64,000 nt of DNA from positions 455,009 through 519,008 of the forward strand of contig JBEKNE010000001.1 of assembly GCA_049523135.1 (NCBI GenBank), written 5' to 3'. Made by a program: the position numbers and the translations under genes. The notes under the pieces were generated by a model that saw only the letters and a program-made list of their open reading frames with translations, was not told where the DNA came from and made no database searches. The DNA is from Candidatus Microgenomates bacterium (GTDB taxonomy: Bacteria; Patescibacteriota; Microgenomatia; UBA8517). This document shows positions 20,112 to 31,369 of the stretch, in pieces. How positions within the stretch are numbered: position 1 is the stretch's first letter; each line of letters opens with the position of its first letter.

Positions 20112-20498
20112 TTACTGTGTTGCAAAGTGTCCTTCCGGGTATATATGCACAGCCACAATGGTTTCATTGCCTATTGCGCTTCCGTCACTGAAAAAGCCAT
20201 CAGTTAAACCATTGAATGGCAAACCTATTAAATGGCAGGCCTTTTGTGAAACGTTTTCACCGTGATTTAGTTCCAATTCGAGTAGGTTTGTTTGGACAAG
20301 TGTTTTAAGGGAATCTTCACTTTCACTATTGACGGAAAGGGGGATCGCAATTGATTTATCTACCAAAATTCCCAAAAGTGATTTACCTTCTTCATTTTCA
20401 ATTTTCACCAACTTAGCGTGAGTAGAAAAGGTAACTTCCTTGTTTTTCTTGTCGAGTAATTCATTTATTACACCAACATATTTAGGATTAAGTTCCAT
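20112..20498 (-). CDS. hypothetical protein
   Basis: 128-aa ATG ORF in the uvrB-uvrA gap. Confidence 0.6.
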   Translation of the reverse strand: MELNPKYVGVINELLDKKNKEVTFSTHAKLVKIENEEGKSLLGILVDKSIAIPLSVNSESEDSLKTLVQTNLLELELNHGENVSQKACHLIGLPFNGLTDGFFSDGSAIGNETIVAVHIYPEGHFATQ

Positions 20499-20559
20499 AG
20501 GAGCACATATTGTAGCACCCTTTATGTATTTTGTAAATACTACAGGATAAAAGTGGGGT

Positions 20560-21045
20560 TTATAAATTATTAAGTGTCCAAAATGCTGTTGCAGGAATTG
20601 GACAGAAAAAAGAAAGGGTAACGGGTTTTATTTGATATTTGATATTCGATTCACCGGAAACCCTTCTGTTAATTATTACCAACAGGTTGGCCGTATTAAT
20701 TACCGGACACGGATCGGAAAGACTAAGGCATACGGGGACTGTCCTGTCAAATCTGTTTAAAATATTAGTGTAATAATTTTGTATCATCTTGCCGTTTGCA
20801 TATTCTGTATCGGCATTTTCGTTATAAGGCATATTTGTGTGGATATATATTCCGGGTTTGTAATGGTAATAATTGGGTGTGCTTAAGACACTTACAAAGG
20901 AAAAGGATAGATCCTTTGTTAGGCGAACATTGTCCGAGATATAGGTATATGAATCGATTCTGTTTCCGTCAATAGTTTGTCGGATAGCATCGTGCCACCA
21001 TTTAGGCGCATAATACTCGTTTTTATCATCATACCTTTCCAACAT
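20560..21045 (-). CDS. hypothetical protein
   Basis: 161-aa ATG ORF in the uvrB-uvrA gap. Confidence 0.6.
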   Translation of the reverse strand: MLERYDDKNEYYAPKWWHDAIRQTIDGNRIDSYTYISDNVRLTKDLSFSFVSVLSTPNYYHYKPGIYIHTNMPYNENADTEYANGKMIQNYYTNILNRFDRTVPVCLSLSDPCPVINTANLLVIINRRVSGESNIKYQIKPVTLSFFCPIPATAFWTLNNL

Positions 21046-21128
21046 GGTTGCATCTTACACTTATTTTCGACCATTTTCAGAATGTTGTATAATTGTGAAC
21101 CACCGAATGAAACCGGCGGGAACATTGC

Positions 21129-24041
21129 ATGGAGAACTATATCAAAATACGCGGGGCCAGACAGCACAATCTTAAAAATATTGATTTGGATATTCCAAAA
21201 AATAAGCTCGTTATTTTAACGGGCGTATCCGGGAGTGGAAAAAGCTCTTTGGCTTTCGATACATTGTATGCGGAAGGTCAGAGACGTTATGTTGAATCTC
21301 TTTCTTCATATGCCCGTCAATTTTTGGGGATAATGGAAAAGCCCGATGCGGATTCAATTGAGGGGCTTTCTCCGGCAATTTCAATAGACCAAAAGACGAC
21401 TTCCCACAATCCACGTTCAACTGTCGGAACGGTTACCGAAATTTACGATTATTTAAGGCTTCTTTTTGCCAGAATCGGGCATCCCCATTGTCCTATCTGT
21501 GGAAGAGAAATTTCTCATCAAACACTTGATCAGATTGTTGATCAAGCACTCGGTTTAATAGAAAAAACTGCCAAAGAAGATAAAAAAGCCTGGTTTTTGG
21601 TTCTTTCCCCAATGGTTGAAGCCCGAAAAGGAGAATTCTCACAGCTTTTTGAAAATTTAAAAAGCAAAGGCTACAGACAAGTCAGAATTGACGGCTATAT
21701 TCACGATTTATCGGAAGACCTTATTTTAATCAAAACAAATAAACATACAATTGAAGCTGTAACCGACAGGATTGTTCTCTCCTTAGACAGTTTTAAGAAG
21801 CCGGATTCAAAATCGGAAATTAAGAATAGATTAGCGGATTCAATCCAGCAAGCACTTAATTTATCAGAAGGTGTGGCCAAACTTACTCATGTTCTTGATA
21901 AGGAGTTTACAATGCCGGTTTCTCCAAAGAAATTTGAAGATCATCTTTTCTCAGAGCGCTTTGCCTGTCCAGTGGACAATATCAGTCTTCCAGAAATAGA
22001 ACCAAGATCTTTTTCCTTTAACTCACCACAAGGCGCATGCCCAACATGTACGGGACTTGGGAAAATCTTAAAGGCAGAGCCCGATCTTATTTTTTCACCC
22101 GAACTTTCAATAATGGAGGGGGGAATTTTACCTTTTTCCAATATGTATGAGCATGAAACCTGGTACGGAAGAATAATTAAACAAATGTGTGAGGATAACG
22201 GAATTAATATGCATAAAGCCATCAAGGATTTGCCGGAAAAAGAAATGAATATTTTATTGTATGGTACCGGGGACCGGAAATACCATGTTTACGGAACGAA
22301 CAGGTTTGGCCGTGAGACCTATATTTGGCAGGATTTCCACGGATTTGTTGCTGAGCTAGAAAGAAGGTATTCGGAATCCGAAAGCGATTGGGTTAAAGAA
22401 GAAATCAGAAAGTATATGAGAGAAAAACTTTGCCCCGAATGTAACGGATTAAGACTTAAAAAGGAAGCCCTTTCCATAACGATAGGAGGGTTTTCCATCG
22501 CAGATGTTACGGCGTTTTCCATACTTACGGCTATTGACTGGGTAAAATCCCTTGAGCAAACAAACATAACCAATACAAGAGAAAAAGAAATAGCAAGACT
22601 AATCATTAAAGAAACGGTGGGAAGACTTAAGTTTTTGGTATCGGTCGGACTGGAGTATTTAACCCTTAATAGAGTTGCAGGTTCTCTTTCCGGGGGAGAA
22701 GCGCAAAGAATCAGACTGGCAAGTCAGATCGGTTCTGGGTTAACCGGTGTTCTTTATGTTTTGGACGAACCTACAATAGGTCTTCACCCCAGAGATGATC
22801 AGAAACTAATCGATACGCTTAAAAACCTTCGGGATTTGGGAAATTCCGTAATCGTGGTCGAGCATGATGCGACAATGATGAAGCAAAGCGATTGGATTGC
22901 CGATTTTGGACCTGGTGCAGGCAAACGTGGCGGTGAAGTCGTTGCGGTCGGAACCCCCAGGGAGATTATGAATAACCCTAAATCGTTAACCGGCAAATAT
23001 TTATCGGGTAAGAAAAAAATCGAATTGCCTTCAAATCAGCTTAAAATTGAGAATACACAAAAATTAAAGCTCATTGGCGCAAATTTATATAATTTAAAAA
23101 ATATCGATGTCGGATTTCCTCTTGGTAAACTTGTGGCTATAACGGGAGTCTCAGGATCGGGTAAATCAACACTGCTTGTTGAAACGCTTTTCCCCGCATT
23201 GCAAAAAGAGCTTAATCCAAACTATCGCGGTGAAACGGGCGGTTATAAAAAGATTGAAGGTCTGGAAAACATCGATAAAGCCATACTAATCGACCAAAGT
23301 CCGATAGGAAGAACCCCAAGAAGCAACCCCGCAACGTACACGGGGCTTTTTGATCCGATCCGGGATGTTTTTACAGCAACTCATGACGCCAAGGCTGCAG
23401 GATTCAAAAAAGGGAGATTTTCTTTTAATGTCAGAGGCGGAAGATGTGAGGCTTGCGAGGGCCAAGGACAAATAAAAATTGAAATGCAGTTCATGAGCGA
23501 TATCTGGGTTACATGCGATGTCTGTCACGGAAAGCGCTACAACGAGCAAACCTTGGAAATTACATATAGAGGTAAGAATATTGCGGAAGTACTTGGAATG
23601 ACTGTTGATGAAGCCTTGGAGTTTTTCCATGCGCACCTGCAAATTGAAAGCAAACTTGAGACATTATCTCTTGTCGGACTTGGATATATAGAATTGGGAC
23701 AACCGGCAACAACACTTTCCGGTGGGGAAGCACAAAGAGTTAAACTGGCAACGGAACTTTCTAGGAGGGAAACCGGCCGAACAGTTTATATACTCGATGA
23801 ACCGACAACCGGCCTTCACTTTGCCGATGTTGAAAGGCTAATGCGAGTATTAAAATTACTCGTATCTAAGGGTAACTCGGTTTTTGTAATTGAGCACAAC
23901 TTAGACGTAATTAGAAACAGTGATTATATTATTGATTTGGGACCTGAAGGGGGAGACGCAGGGGGAAAAGTTGTAGCAACTGGAAAACCTTCCGATGTTG
24001 CAAAGGTTAAAACTTCATATACAGGAGAATATTTAAAGTAA
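21129..24041 (+). CDS. uvrA: excinuclease ABC subunit A
   Basis: Two GVSGSGKS, two LSGGEAQR, Zn fingers. Confidence 0.98.
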   Translation: MENYIKIRGARQHNLKNIDLDIPKNKLVILTGVSGSGKSSLAFDTLYAEGQRRYVESLSSYARQFLGIMEKPDADSIEGLSPAISIDQKTTSHNPRSTVGTVTEIYDYLRLLFARIGHPHCPICGREISHQTLDQIVDQALGLIEKTAKEDKKAWFLVLSPMVEARKGEFSQLFENLKSKGYRQVRIDGYIHDLSEDLILIKTNKHTIEAVTDRIVLSLDSFKKPDSKSEIKNRLADSIQQALNLSEGVAKLTHVLDKEFTMPVSPKKFEDHLFSERFACPVDNISLPEIEPRSFSFNSPQGACPTCTGLGKILKAEPDLIFSPELSIMEGGILPFSNMYEHETWYGRIIKQMCEDNGINMHKAIKDLPEKEMNILLYGTGDRKYHVYGTNRFGRETYIWQDFHGFVAELERRYSESESDWVKEEIRKYMREKLCPECNGLRLKKEALSITIGGFSIADVTAFSILTAIDWVKSLEQTNITNTREKEIARLIIKETVGRLKFLVSVGLEYLTLNRVAGSLSGGEAQRIRLASQIGSGLTGVLYVLDEPTIGLHPRDDQKLIDTLKNLRDLGNSVIVVEHDATMMKQSDWIADFGPGAGKRGGEVVAVGTPREIMNNPKSLTGKYLSGKKKIELPSNQLKIENTQKLKLIGANLYNLKNIDVGFPLGKLVAITGVSGSGKSTLLVETLFPALQKELNPNYRGETGGYKKIEGLENIDKAILIDQSPIGRTPRSNPATYTGLFDPIRDVFTATHDAKAAGFKKGRFSFNVRGGRCEACEGQGQIKIEMQFMSDIWVTCDVCHGKRYNEQTLEITYRGKNIAEVLGMTVDEALEFFHAHLQIESKLETLSLVGLGYIELGQPATTLSGGEAQRVKLATELSRRETGRTVYILDEPTTGLHFADVERLMRVLKLLVSKGNSVFVIEHNLDVIRNSDYIIDLGPEGGDAGGKVVATGKPSDVAKVKTSYTGEYLK

Positions 24042-24123
24042 AAATTACTTGCCTGGATGAACATATTGATTTCGATTTCTCGATTTCTTTATATCCATCC
24101 AGGACTTTAGTCGCTTGCAAATG

Positions 24124-24684
24124 TTACTTTACTTTTTTGGGCAATTCGCACAACTTTATATAAAAATCATCAAGAGGATATTTTGATTTTGCTAGATAAA
24201 AAAGTCTTATCCTTGGTTCATTTGGAAAGGTTTCATCTACACAGCAAAATAGGGAATTATCAACATACTTGATTATAGAGTTAATTGACTCAGTCGTATA
24301 ATCCATGCGTATTGCTATGTAAATTTTCTTGATTAATTCACTTGCCTGATCATACCCCGGATTGCCTCTTTTTATTCGGCGCATAAAATTATTTGCTGCC
24401 TGACATAATGAAGCTTCTACCAATGTTTGATCGGTAAGTTTAAGACGTTTCCATGTTGGTATATATTTAATGAACTTCTTTGCTGCAGAGAACGTATAGT
24501 AGACATAGAAACAAAATACAATTGTCACAATCAAAAACCAAATAGTTTCTATAGACAGCAAGGGTAGATACGCCACATGCTCTAAAAAAACAGATACCAT
24601 CATGTTTCCTAACATGAACAAAGTAAAGATTGTCCAATAAACTAAATCAGTTATCAGATATCGGAAATAACTTCTTTCAAACAT
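24124..24684 (-). CDS. hypothetical membrane protein
   Basis: GGAGG SD before ATG at 24684; two hydrophobic segments. Confidence 0.6.
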   Translation of the reverse strand: MFERSYFRYLITDLVYWTIFTLFMLGNMMVSVFLEHVAYLPLLSIETIWFLIVTIVFCFYVYYTFSAAKKFIKYIPTWKRLKLTDQTLVEASLCQAANNFMRRIKRGNPGYDQASELIKKIYIAIRMDYTTESINSIIKYVDNSLFCCVDETFPNEPRIRLFYLAKSKYPLDDFYIKLCELPKKVK

Positions 24685-24851
24685 TTTTACCTCCCGGCAT
24701 TTCGCCAAATAGTTGTAGTCTGTATTCAGGCTATATCCGCCAAACAGACTTTTTAATGTAAACGTGCAAGCGACTGTGGGGATATTACCACAAACTATAG
24801 GTTTTGTCAAGGCTAATGGGAACGCAAAAGGTTTTAGGTTATACTTAGATT

Positions 24852-26756
24852 ATGAAATTTTGGAGAATTTTAATTGTTTTAATAATTACCATCTTTTTAT
24901 TTCTATTTAATGCAGGTTTTGTCCACGCTGATGATAATTTTTCTGTTGATTCAAACGTTACCTATGATGTTCAGTCTTCAGGAACAACTTTTGTAAGTCA
25001 CAACGTAACTTTGGAGAATAATTTTTCGACTCTTTACGCCACGACTTATACGCTTGATTTGGAAAATATCGACGCACAAAATATACAAGCTAAAGATTCC
25101 GCAGGAAATATTCTGACAACGGATGTTCAAAAAAACGGCAACCAGACAAATATAAATGTCACTTTTTCGGATGCCGTTGTTGGTAAGGGTGCCCAAAGGC
25201 ATTTTACAATCACCTACCAAAACAACAGTTTTGCAGTAAAAACCGGTGAGATATGGGAAATTTCTATACCAAAACTTGATCAGAATAGTGACTTTAGAAA
25301 TTATCAGGTTGTATTAGAGGTACCCACGGCATTTGGTATGGAAGCTTATATTTCGCCAAAAGCCGAAAATACTCAAAATACAGGTCAGGAGTATATCTAT
25401 ACATTTAGCAAAAATGACATTACTCAAACCGGAGTTACTGCCGGTTTCGGACAATTCCAGGTTTTTTCGTTTAATCTAACCTACCACCTAGAAAATGCTT
25501 TATCAAAGAGCGCACAAACACAAATTGCACTTCCACCCGATACTGCTTTCCAAAAAGTATATTTGCAAAAAATAGACCCCAAACCAGTAAATGTTACTGT
25601 TGATCCGGACGGAAACTGGATTGCTATATACAATCTTTCCGCAAGACAGAGGGTGGATGTTAACGCTTTAGGTTCCGTACAAATTTTTGCAAGTTACAGA
25701 TCATTTCCAAAACCTACAGCCCAAGAACTGGCAGATGATCTAAAACCTACTGAATATTGGCAAGTAAATGATCCTCAAATAAAAGCCTTGGCTGCGCAAC
25801 TTAAAACTCCGAAAGCAATTTATGATTATGTTTCTACAACTCTTAAATATGATGTTGCCAGAGTTCAGCCTGATGTTCAGAGAATGGGGGCGGTTAAAGC
25901 GCTTCAGAATCCCGATCAGGCAATTTGTATGGAATATACGGATCTTTTTATAGCTATTGCCAGAGCTGCCGGAATCCCTGCGCGCGAGATCAATGGTTAT
26001 GCCTATACGGAAAATCCCGATTTACAACCTCTTAGCCTTGTTGCTGATGTTCTTCATTCATGGCCGGAATACTATGATAAAGAAAACCAAGTTTGGGTTC
26101 CGATTGACCCGACCTGGGCATCAACCAGCGGAGGAGTTGATTATTTTGATAAACTTGATTTAAGGCATTTTGTATTCGTGGTTCATGGTGAAAGCGATAC
26201 AACTCCTTACCCGCCCGGTTCATATAAACTTGGACCGAATCCTCAAAAAGATGTTTATGTTTCTTTTGGTACGCTTCCGAACGATAGAACAAGTACTCCC
26301 GGTGTCTCAATTACTGCCGTAAGAACCCTCCCTTTCTTTAGCTCCATTTATTCGGCTGCTATTCAAAACCCGGGCCCTGAAGCTTTATATTCAATTTACC
26401 CGACCGTATACTTCGACGGAAAAGAAACAAGCCGCGATTATGTTCAAGTATTGCCACCTTTTTCCAATTATCAAATGTCGATTAATGTTCCGTTTTCGCT
26501 GCTCGGTAAGAATTCTCCAAGTGTGATTGCTGTAGAAGTGGGCGTAACTACTGCAAAAGTTCCGACCAATAAAAATCAAATAATAATAAATAGTCTTTTA
26601 GTTATATCGATTCTCCTGATACTAATAATATTTGTTGTTTTGATTAGACTTAAAAAAATAACATTTAGCCGGTTTTTTGCTACAATAGCCTCTGTAAAGC
26701 AAAAAATACATGACAAATTTATTAAAAGACCTCCCCAAGATCGGGTTAACACCTAA
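24852..26756 (+). CDS. exported transglutaminase-like domain protein
   Basis: Signal peptide, ICMEYTDLF, LHSWPEYY, W.PIDPTW triad, C-terminal TM. Confidence 0.88.
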   Translation: MKFWRILIVLIITIFLFLFNAGFVHADDNFSVDSNVTYDVQSSGTTFVSHNVTLENNFSTLYATTYTLDLENIDAQNIQAKDSAGNILTTDVQKNGNQTNINVTFSDAVVGKGAQRHFTITYQNNSFAVKTGEIWEISIPKLDQNSDFRNYQVVLEVPTAFGMEAYISPKAENTQNTGQEYIYTFSKNDITQTGVTAGFGQFQVFSFNLTYHLENALSKSAQTQIALPPDTAFQKVYLQKIDPKPVNVTVDPDGNWIAIYNLSARQRVDVNALGSVQIFASYRSFPKPTAQELADDLKPTEYWQVNDPQIKALAAQLKTPKAIYDYVSTTLKYDVARVQPDVQRMGAVKALQNPDQAICMEYTDLFIAIARAAGIPAREINGYAYTENPDLQPLSLVADVLHSWPEYYDKENQVWVPIDPTWASTSGGVDYFDKLDLRHFVFVVHGESDTTPYPPGSYKLGPNPQKDVYVSFGTLPNDRTSTPGVSITAVRTLPFFSSIYSAAIQNPGPEALYSIYPTVYFDGKETSRDYVQVLPPFSNYQMSINVPFSLLGKNSPSVIAVEVGVTTAKVPTNKNQIIINSLLVISILLILIIFVVLIRLKKITFSRFFATIASVKQKIHDKFIKRPPQDRVNT

Positions 26757-28053
26757 AATTTACCTTTCTTTGCCGGAAACAGCAGGAATTTATGTCTTTT
26801 TCAAAGATTCCAAACCTATTTATATAGGCAAGGCAATAAATCTTAAAAGAAGGGTTTCTTCATATTTTGATATTAATTTAGAGATCAAAACAGGCAGGAT
26901 GATCAGTGAGGCCGACGAACTATCCTTTATTCAAGTTGAGTCTGAACTGGAAGCGCTTTTACTTGAAGCAAAATTAATTCATACATACATGCCAAAATAT
27001 AATATTGTTGCAAAAGACGATAAACACCCACTTTATATTCAAATAACAAGGGAAAAATACCCCAGAATTGTAACCGCCAGAAAAATCTCCGAGAAACAAA
27101 AAAATATAGCTTTTTACGGACCCTTTCCCTCAACAAGAAACATCACATCGGTTTTAAGGATGCTTAGACATATTTTTCCCTTTTCTGATCATAAAATCGG
27201 TAAGCGCGCCTGTCTTTATTCACACATTGGTCTTTGTAACCCATGTCCGAATGAGATAGAAATTTTGACTGATGTTAGCCTTAAGGAAAGCAAAAGAAAA
27301 ATCTATCTTAAAAATATTAGCAATTTAAAGTCGGTTTTGGACGGAAATATTTTTACCGTTAAAACACATTTAACACACGATATGGAAGGATATTCAAATA
27401 AAAAAGACTTTGAAAATGCGGCGACGGTCCGTGATCAAATTCAGAAGCTCATATATATAACACAGTCACAAATGCCGACGGAATATTATATGGAAAACCC
27501 CAATTTATTGGAAGATGTTCGAAAAAAGGAATTGAGGGAATTAGCCAATATTCTAAATAAATATAAACTGGGAATCAAAAGGCTTAAACGGGTGGAATGC
27601 TTCGATGTTGCACACCTTGCCGGTGCAAACGCTACGGCCTCAATGGTTACTTTTACTAATGGCGAACCCGATAAAACCTATTACCGGCATTTCAGAATCA
27701 GGCAAGGCGCGTCACAGGATGACTATGCTTCCATGAAAGAAGTCATCGCAAGACGCAAAAAACATTTCACCGATTGGGGAAGACCGGATCTTGTTATCGT
27801 AGACGGCGGGAAAGGGCAAGTTTCTGTATTTCTTAGAGAATTGCAGGGAGAAGAAATTCTTGTTATCGGTCTTGCCAAGAAATTTGAGACTTTGGTAATT
27901 CCAACAAAAGTCAGAAATACTATTAATCTTTCCGAGTTCAGACTAAAAAAGGGATGTGCGCTTAACTTTGTACAAAGGATCCGTGACGAAGCACACAGGT
28001 TTGCGCGCGAATATCATCACAAACTTTTTACCAGATCCTTAATTGGAAGCTAA
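26710..28053 (+). CDS. uvrC: excinuclease ABC subunit C (no C-terminal HhH)
   Basis: GIY..YIGKA, UVR domain, ECFDVAH, IVDGGKGQ, RIRDEAHRFA. Confidence 0.93.
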   Translation: MTNLLKDLPKIGLTPKIYLSLPETAGIYVFFKDSKPIYIGKAINLKRRVSSYFDINLEIKTGRMISEADELSFIQVESELEALLLEAKLIHTYMPKYNIVAKDDKHPLYIQITREKYPRIVTARKISEKQKNIAFYGPFPSTRNITSVLRMLRHIFPFSDHKIGKRACLYSHIGLCNPCPNEIEILTDVSLKESKRKIYLKNISNLKSVLDGNIFTVKTHLTHDMEGYSNKKDFENAATVRDQIQKLIYITQSQMPTEYYMENPNLLEDVRKKELRELANILNKYKLGIKRLKRVECFDVAHLAGANATASMVTFTNGEPDKTYYRHFRIRQGASQDDYASMKEVIARRKKHFTDWGRPDLVIVDGGKGQVSVFLRELQGEEILVIGLAKKFETLVIPTKVRNTINLSEFRLKKGCALNFVQRIRDEAHRFAREYHHKLFTRSLIGS

Positions 28054-28078
28054 ATTTCCTCCATGTTATACTGATTTA

Positions 28079-28483
28079 ATGATAAGAGGATCCTTGAAAC
28101 ACTTTCTAATAAATTCTGCTGCACTTTATCTTGTATCCCTTACAGTCTCCGGAATGAGTTTTGAGAACGGCATAATCACACTGTTTTTAACAGGAATTGC
28201 TTTAACTTTAACCACTTTAATTGTCCGCCCTCTAATAAATATTTTATTATTACCAATAAATCTTGTTACTTTCGGATTTTTTAGATGGGTAGGTTTTGCA
28301 ATAGCTTTGTATGTCGTAACTTTGATTATCCCCGATTTTAAGATTGTGGAATTTGCTTTTAAAGGTCTTACCACTTATTGGGCTATAATTCCACCCGTCT
28401 ATTTAAGCGGAATACTTGCATTTATTGCCTTTTCTTTCGTGATTTCGTTTATATCTTCAATTGTTGCCTGGGTTCTCAAATAG
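28079..28483 (+). CDS. 4-TM holin-like membrane protein (YvlD/DUF360-like)
   Basis: IVRPLINILLLPINLVTFG.F. Confidence 0.8.
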   Translation: MIRGSLKHFLINSAALYLVSLTVSGMSFENGIITLFLTGIALTLTTLIVRPLINILLLPINLVTFGFFRWVGFAIALYVVTLIIPDFKIVEFAFKGLTTYWAIIPPVYLSGILAFIAFSFVISFISSIVAWVLK

Positions 28484-28513
28484 AGTCTTTTTAGAGTATA
28501 ATGAGCTTAGAAT

Positions 28514-28729
28514 ATGAAGGAGATTCTGACGATTGCACAAATCATTATTTCGCTTATTTTAGTGGGACTGATATTGATTCAGGCCCGAGGAACGGGATTT
28601 GGTAGATCTTCCGGATTTGGAGGAAGCACTTCTTTTAGCCGTAGGGGATTGGAAAAACTTGTTTTTCGACTCACTTTCATAACGGCTTTCTTATTCCTAG
28701 CTGTCGCAATCTTGCAGCTACTTTTCTAA
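28514..28729 (+). CDS. secG: preprotein translocase subunit SecG
   Basis: LILIQARG.G....FGG....RRGLEK..FRLT. Confidence 0.9.
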   Translation: MKEILTIAQIIISLILVGLILIQARGTGFGRSSGFGGSTSFSRRGLEKLVFRLTFITAFLFLAVAILQLLF

Positions 28730-28735
28730 TTTTAA

Positions 28736-30055
28736 ATGCCAAATTTCCGATACATTGTAAGACTTATTGGAGCCTTTTTCTCAAGGTTCAAAATTTTAAT
28801 ATTGGCCGGGTTTTTTGTCGGGATTCTGTCTTTCTTTCTTTTGAAATTTATAACCCCACTAATAAATAACTCGCGAACGGAACGTATTGGTTTTACCGGT
28901 AGGTATACGGTAGACAGCTTGCCTCAATCTATTTTAGATATGGTTGGGAACGGATTAACCAAACTTGATGAAAATGGAAATGTAATTCCCGACCTTGCGT
29001 CTTCTTGGGAAACAACAGACGGGGGCAAAACCTGGATATTCACACTTAAAAATGAGCTTACATGGCAGGACGGTAAAAAAGTTATAAGTAAGGACATCAA
29101 TTACCAATTTTCGGATGTAACCGTCAGCAGGCCTGATGACAAAACAATTGTTTTTAAACTGCAAAGTGCATATTCGGCTTTTCCGTCTGTTGTTTCAAAA
29201 CCTACTTTTAAATCCGGACTTTTGGGAACGGGAAAGTGGAAAGTTACGGGCCTTTCACTAAACGGATCTATTGTTGAACAAATAGACATGACCTCCAGCG
29301 ATGAAGGTAATATTTCGTATAAATTTTATCCCACGGAGGACCTAACCAAACTGGCTTTTGAACTTGGAGAGGTGAACAAGTTAACCGATATTTTGGATCC
29401 TTCCCCTTTTGATTCGTGGTCTAAAGTTAAAATAGATAAAACTACAAATACAGGAGAATTTGTGGCTGTATTTTTCAATACACAATCTCTTTCCGATAAG
29501 AATTTACGCCAAGCACTATCTTATGCCATTAATAAAGATTCTTTGGGCGGCGAGAGGGCAATTAGTCCCATTTCGATAAGCTCATGGGCTTATAACTCCC
29601 AAGTAAAGCCTTACGATTACGATCCGGTCAAGGCCAAACAAATGATCGGTGATTACGAGAAAACCAATAAAGTCGATAGCGTTTCTCTAACGCTAACTAC
29701 TCCTCCGCTACTTCTTTCTCAGGCAGAAAGCATAACCAATGACTGGCAGGCTGTAGGTATTAATGTTAATTTGCAGGTTATTTCGGCAATTCCGACCGAT
29801 TATCAGGCTTTGCTTGCTATTTACGACATTCCTGATGACCCTGACCAATATTCAATTTGGCATTCAACTCAAGTTGCAACCAATATTACCCACTATTCAA
29901 ATGCCAGAATCGATAAACTCCTTGAAGACGGCAGAAGTGAAATTAATATTGAGGATAGAAAGCAAACCTACTTGGATTTTCAAAGATATTTGGTAGAAGA
30001 TTCTCCTGCAGCTTTTCTGTATTATCCTTTTAATTATACGATATCCAGAAGGTAA
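28736..30055 (+). CDS. ABC transporter substrate-binding protein, family 5
   Basis: PDLASSW....GKTW.F.L...L.WQDG, LRQALSYAI. Confidence 0.85.
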   Translation: MPNFRYIVRLIGAFFSRFKILILAGFFVGILSFFLLKFITPLINNSRTERIGFTGRYTVDSLPQSILDMVGNGLTKLDENGNVIPDLASSWETTDGGKTWIFTLKNELTWQDGKKVISKDINYQFSDVTVSRPDDKTIVFKLQSAYSAFPSVVSKPTFKSGLLGTGKWKVTGLSLNGSIVEQIDMTSSDEGNISYKFYPTEDLTKLAFELGEVNKLTDILDPSPFDSWSKVKIDKTTNTGEFVAVFFNTQSLSDKNLRQALSYAINKDSLGGERAISPISISSWAYNSQVKPYDYDPVKAKQMIGDYEKTNKVDSVSLTLTTPPLLLSQAESITNDWQAVGINVNLQVISAIPTDYQALLAIYDIPDDPDQYSIWHSTQVATNITHYSNARIDKLLEDGRSEINIEDRKQTYLDFQRYLVEDSPAAFLYYPFNYTISRR

Positions 30056-30058
30056 AAA

Positions 30059-30754
30059 TTACTTTGCGATTAGAGCCGATTGTACGGCATTCAATAGTTG
30101 ATCGGAGGCACCGGAAAGATTTATCTTTTGACCGTTAAGATAAAAGGTCGGAGTTTCCGTAAGTCCCACAGTGTTTCCGTCATCAACCCCCTTTTGAACA
30201 ATATCTTTAACCGTGCTTCCGTTCATGTCCGAATCAAATTTGCCTACATCTAATCCTAATTCTTTAGCATATCCGTCAAATACGGCTTGTGTATCGGATG
30301 CATTAACCCAATCATTTTGATTGGCATAAAGCTTGTCATGCATTTGCCAAAATTTTCCTTGAAGTCCGGCGGCGTCCGCGGCATACGAGGAAATGTCTGC
30401 TTTTGAATGCTGGGAAAGCGGGTAATCTCTAAAAGTAAAATTAACTTTGTCGGCAAAGGTCGTTAAAACATTTGTAACAATCGGATTGTATGTACCGCAG
30501 GCAGGGCATTCATAATCTCCAAACTCAACAATTGAAATTGTTGCTGAAGGAGTCGCCGGAAGATACTGACCATTTATAATCCCTGAGGTAGTATTTGCGC
30601 CTTGGGGAACAAGAATGGATCTGTCGATTTTAATTACAGGTGTTACTGGGTTATTTCCCGAATTGGAAAAAAGAACTATTCCGCCAAAACACAGAATACA
30701 GGTTACTAAAACTATAAATATAAAGATTTTATTTCTTTGTAAAAAGGCAATCAT
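30059..30754 (-). CDS. DsbA/thioredoxin-fold protein
   Basis: EFGDYECPAC, TPTFYLNG, N-terminal TM. Confidence 0.9.
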   Translation of the reverse strand: MIAFLQRNKIFIFIVLVTCILCFGGIVLFSNSGNNPVTPVIKIDRSILVPQGANTTSGIINGQYLPATPSATISIVEFGDYECPACGTYNPIVTNVLTTFADKVNFTFRDYPLSQHSKADISSYAADAAGLQGKFWQMHDKLYANQNDWVNASDTQAVFDGYAKELGLDVGKFDSDMNGSTVKDIVQKGVDDGNTVGLTETPTFYLNGQKINLSGASDQLLNAVQSALIAK

Positions 30755-30959
30755 AATAAAGATGACTAATGACCAATGTTCGAACTAATTTTAATCCTAA
30801 TTTGTCTGATTACCAAATGTTAAAAAAGTCTTTTGATAGCCAAGGAAACAACAAACAATTTTATATTGAGTGTACGATTTTCCCAAAAAAACATCCTCCG
30901 GATGGAAAATTGATTCCGATTCCCAGAGGGCTTGTTACTATATTTCTGTTGAACGTTTG

Positions 30960-31286
30960 TTACAGGAGAGCATCTGCTATTTTACCAACCACAGCTGTAG
31001 TCACATTTTGTTTTGCAGCTTTTATGGCAGTCTTCAGCAAAGATATTACCGTTTTTACTTCTTCCTCATCAAACCAGATCCTACGGTCAGCCAATTTTAG
31101 ACATACATATTGGTTGTTCCAATTTTCTTCCTTGATTTGATCAATATCTGCGGGGGTTATCTCCAACACATCGAGTTGACCCTCTGCGGTTACAACAGAC
31201 AGGTGATCTATTGCACCACCTAAAATCCTTTCTTCGTGAGTTTCATCATTTTTTTCGATAAGACTACGAAATTGCCAAGCTTCCAT
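30960..31286 (-). CDS. hypothetical protein
   Basis: 108-aa ORF preceded by AAGGAGG. Confidence 0.6.
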   Translation of the reverse strand: MEAWQFRSLIEKNDETHEERILGGAIDHLSVVTAEGQLDVLEITPADIDQIKEENWNNQYVCLKLADRRIWFDEEEVKTVISLLKTAIKAAKQNVTTAVVGKIADALL

Positions 31287-31369
31287 TTCGGCCTCCTTTT
31301 GGCTATAAAGTAAGATTTTAATATTTCAAACCTACGCAGTGTAAGTTGGGAGGATATTATCACAAATGA

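Noticed and set aside
28079-28483. Holin as evidence of a prophage
   Set aside because: It is a YvlD-like membrane protein in a housekeeping uvrC-secG context.
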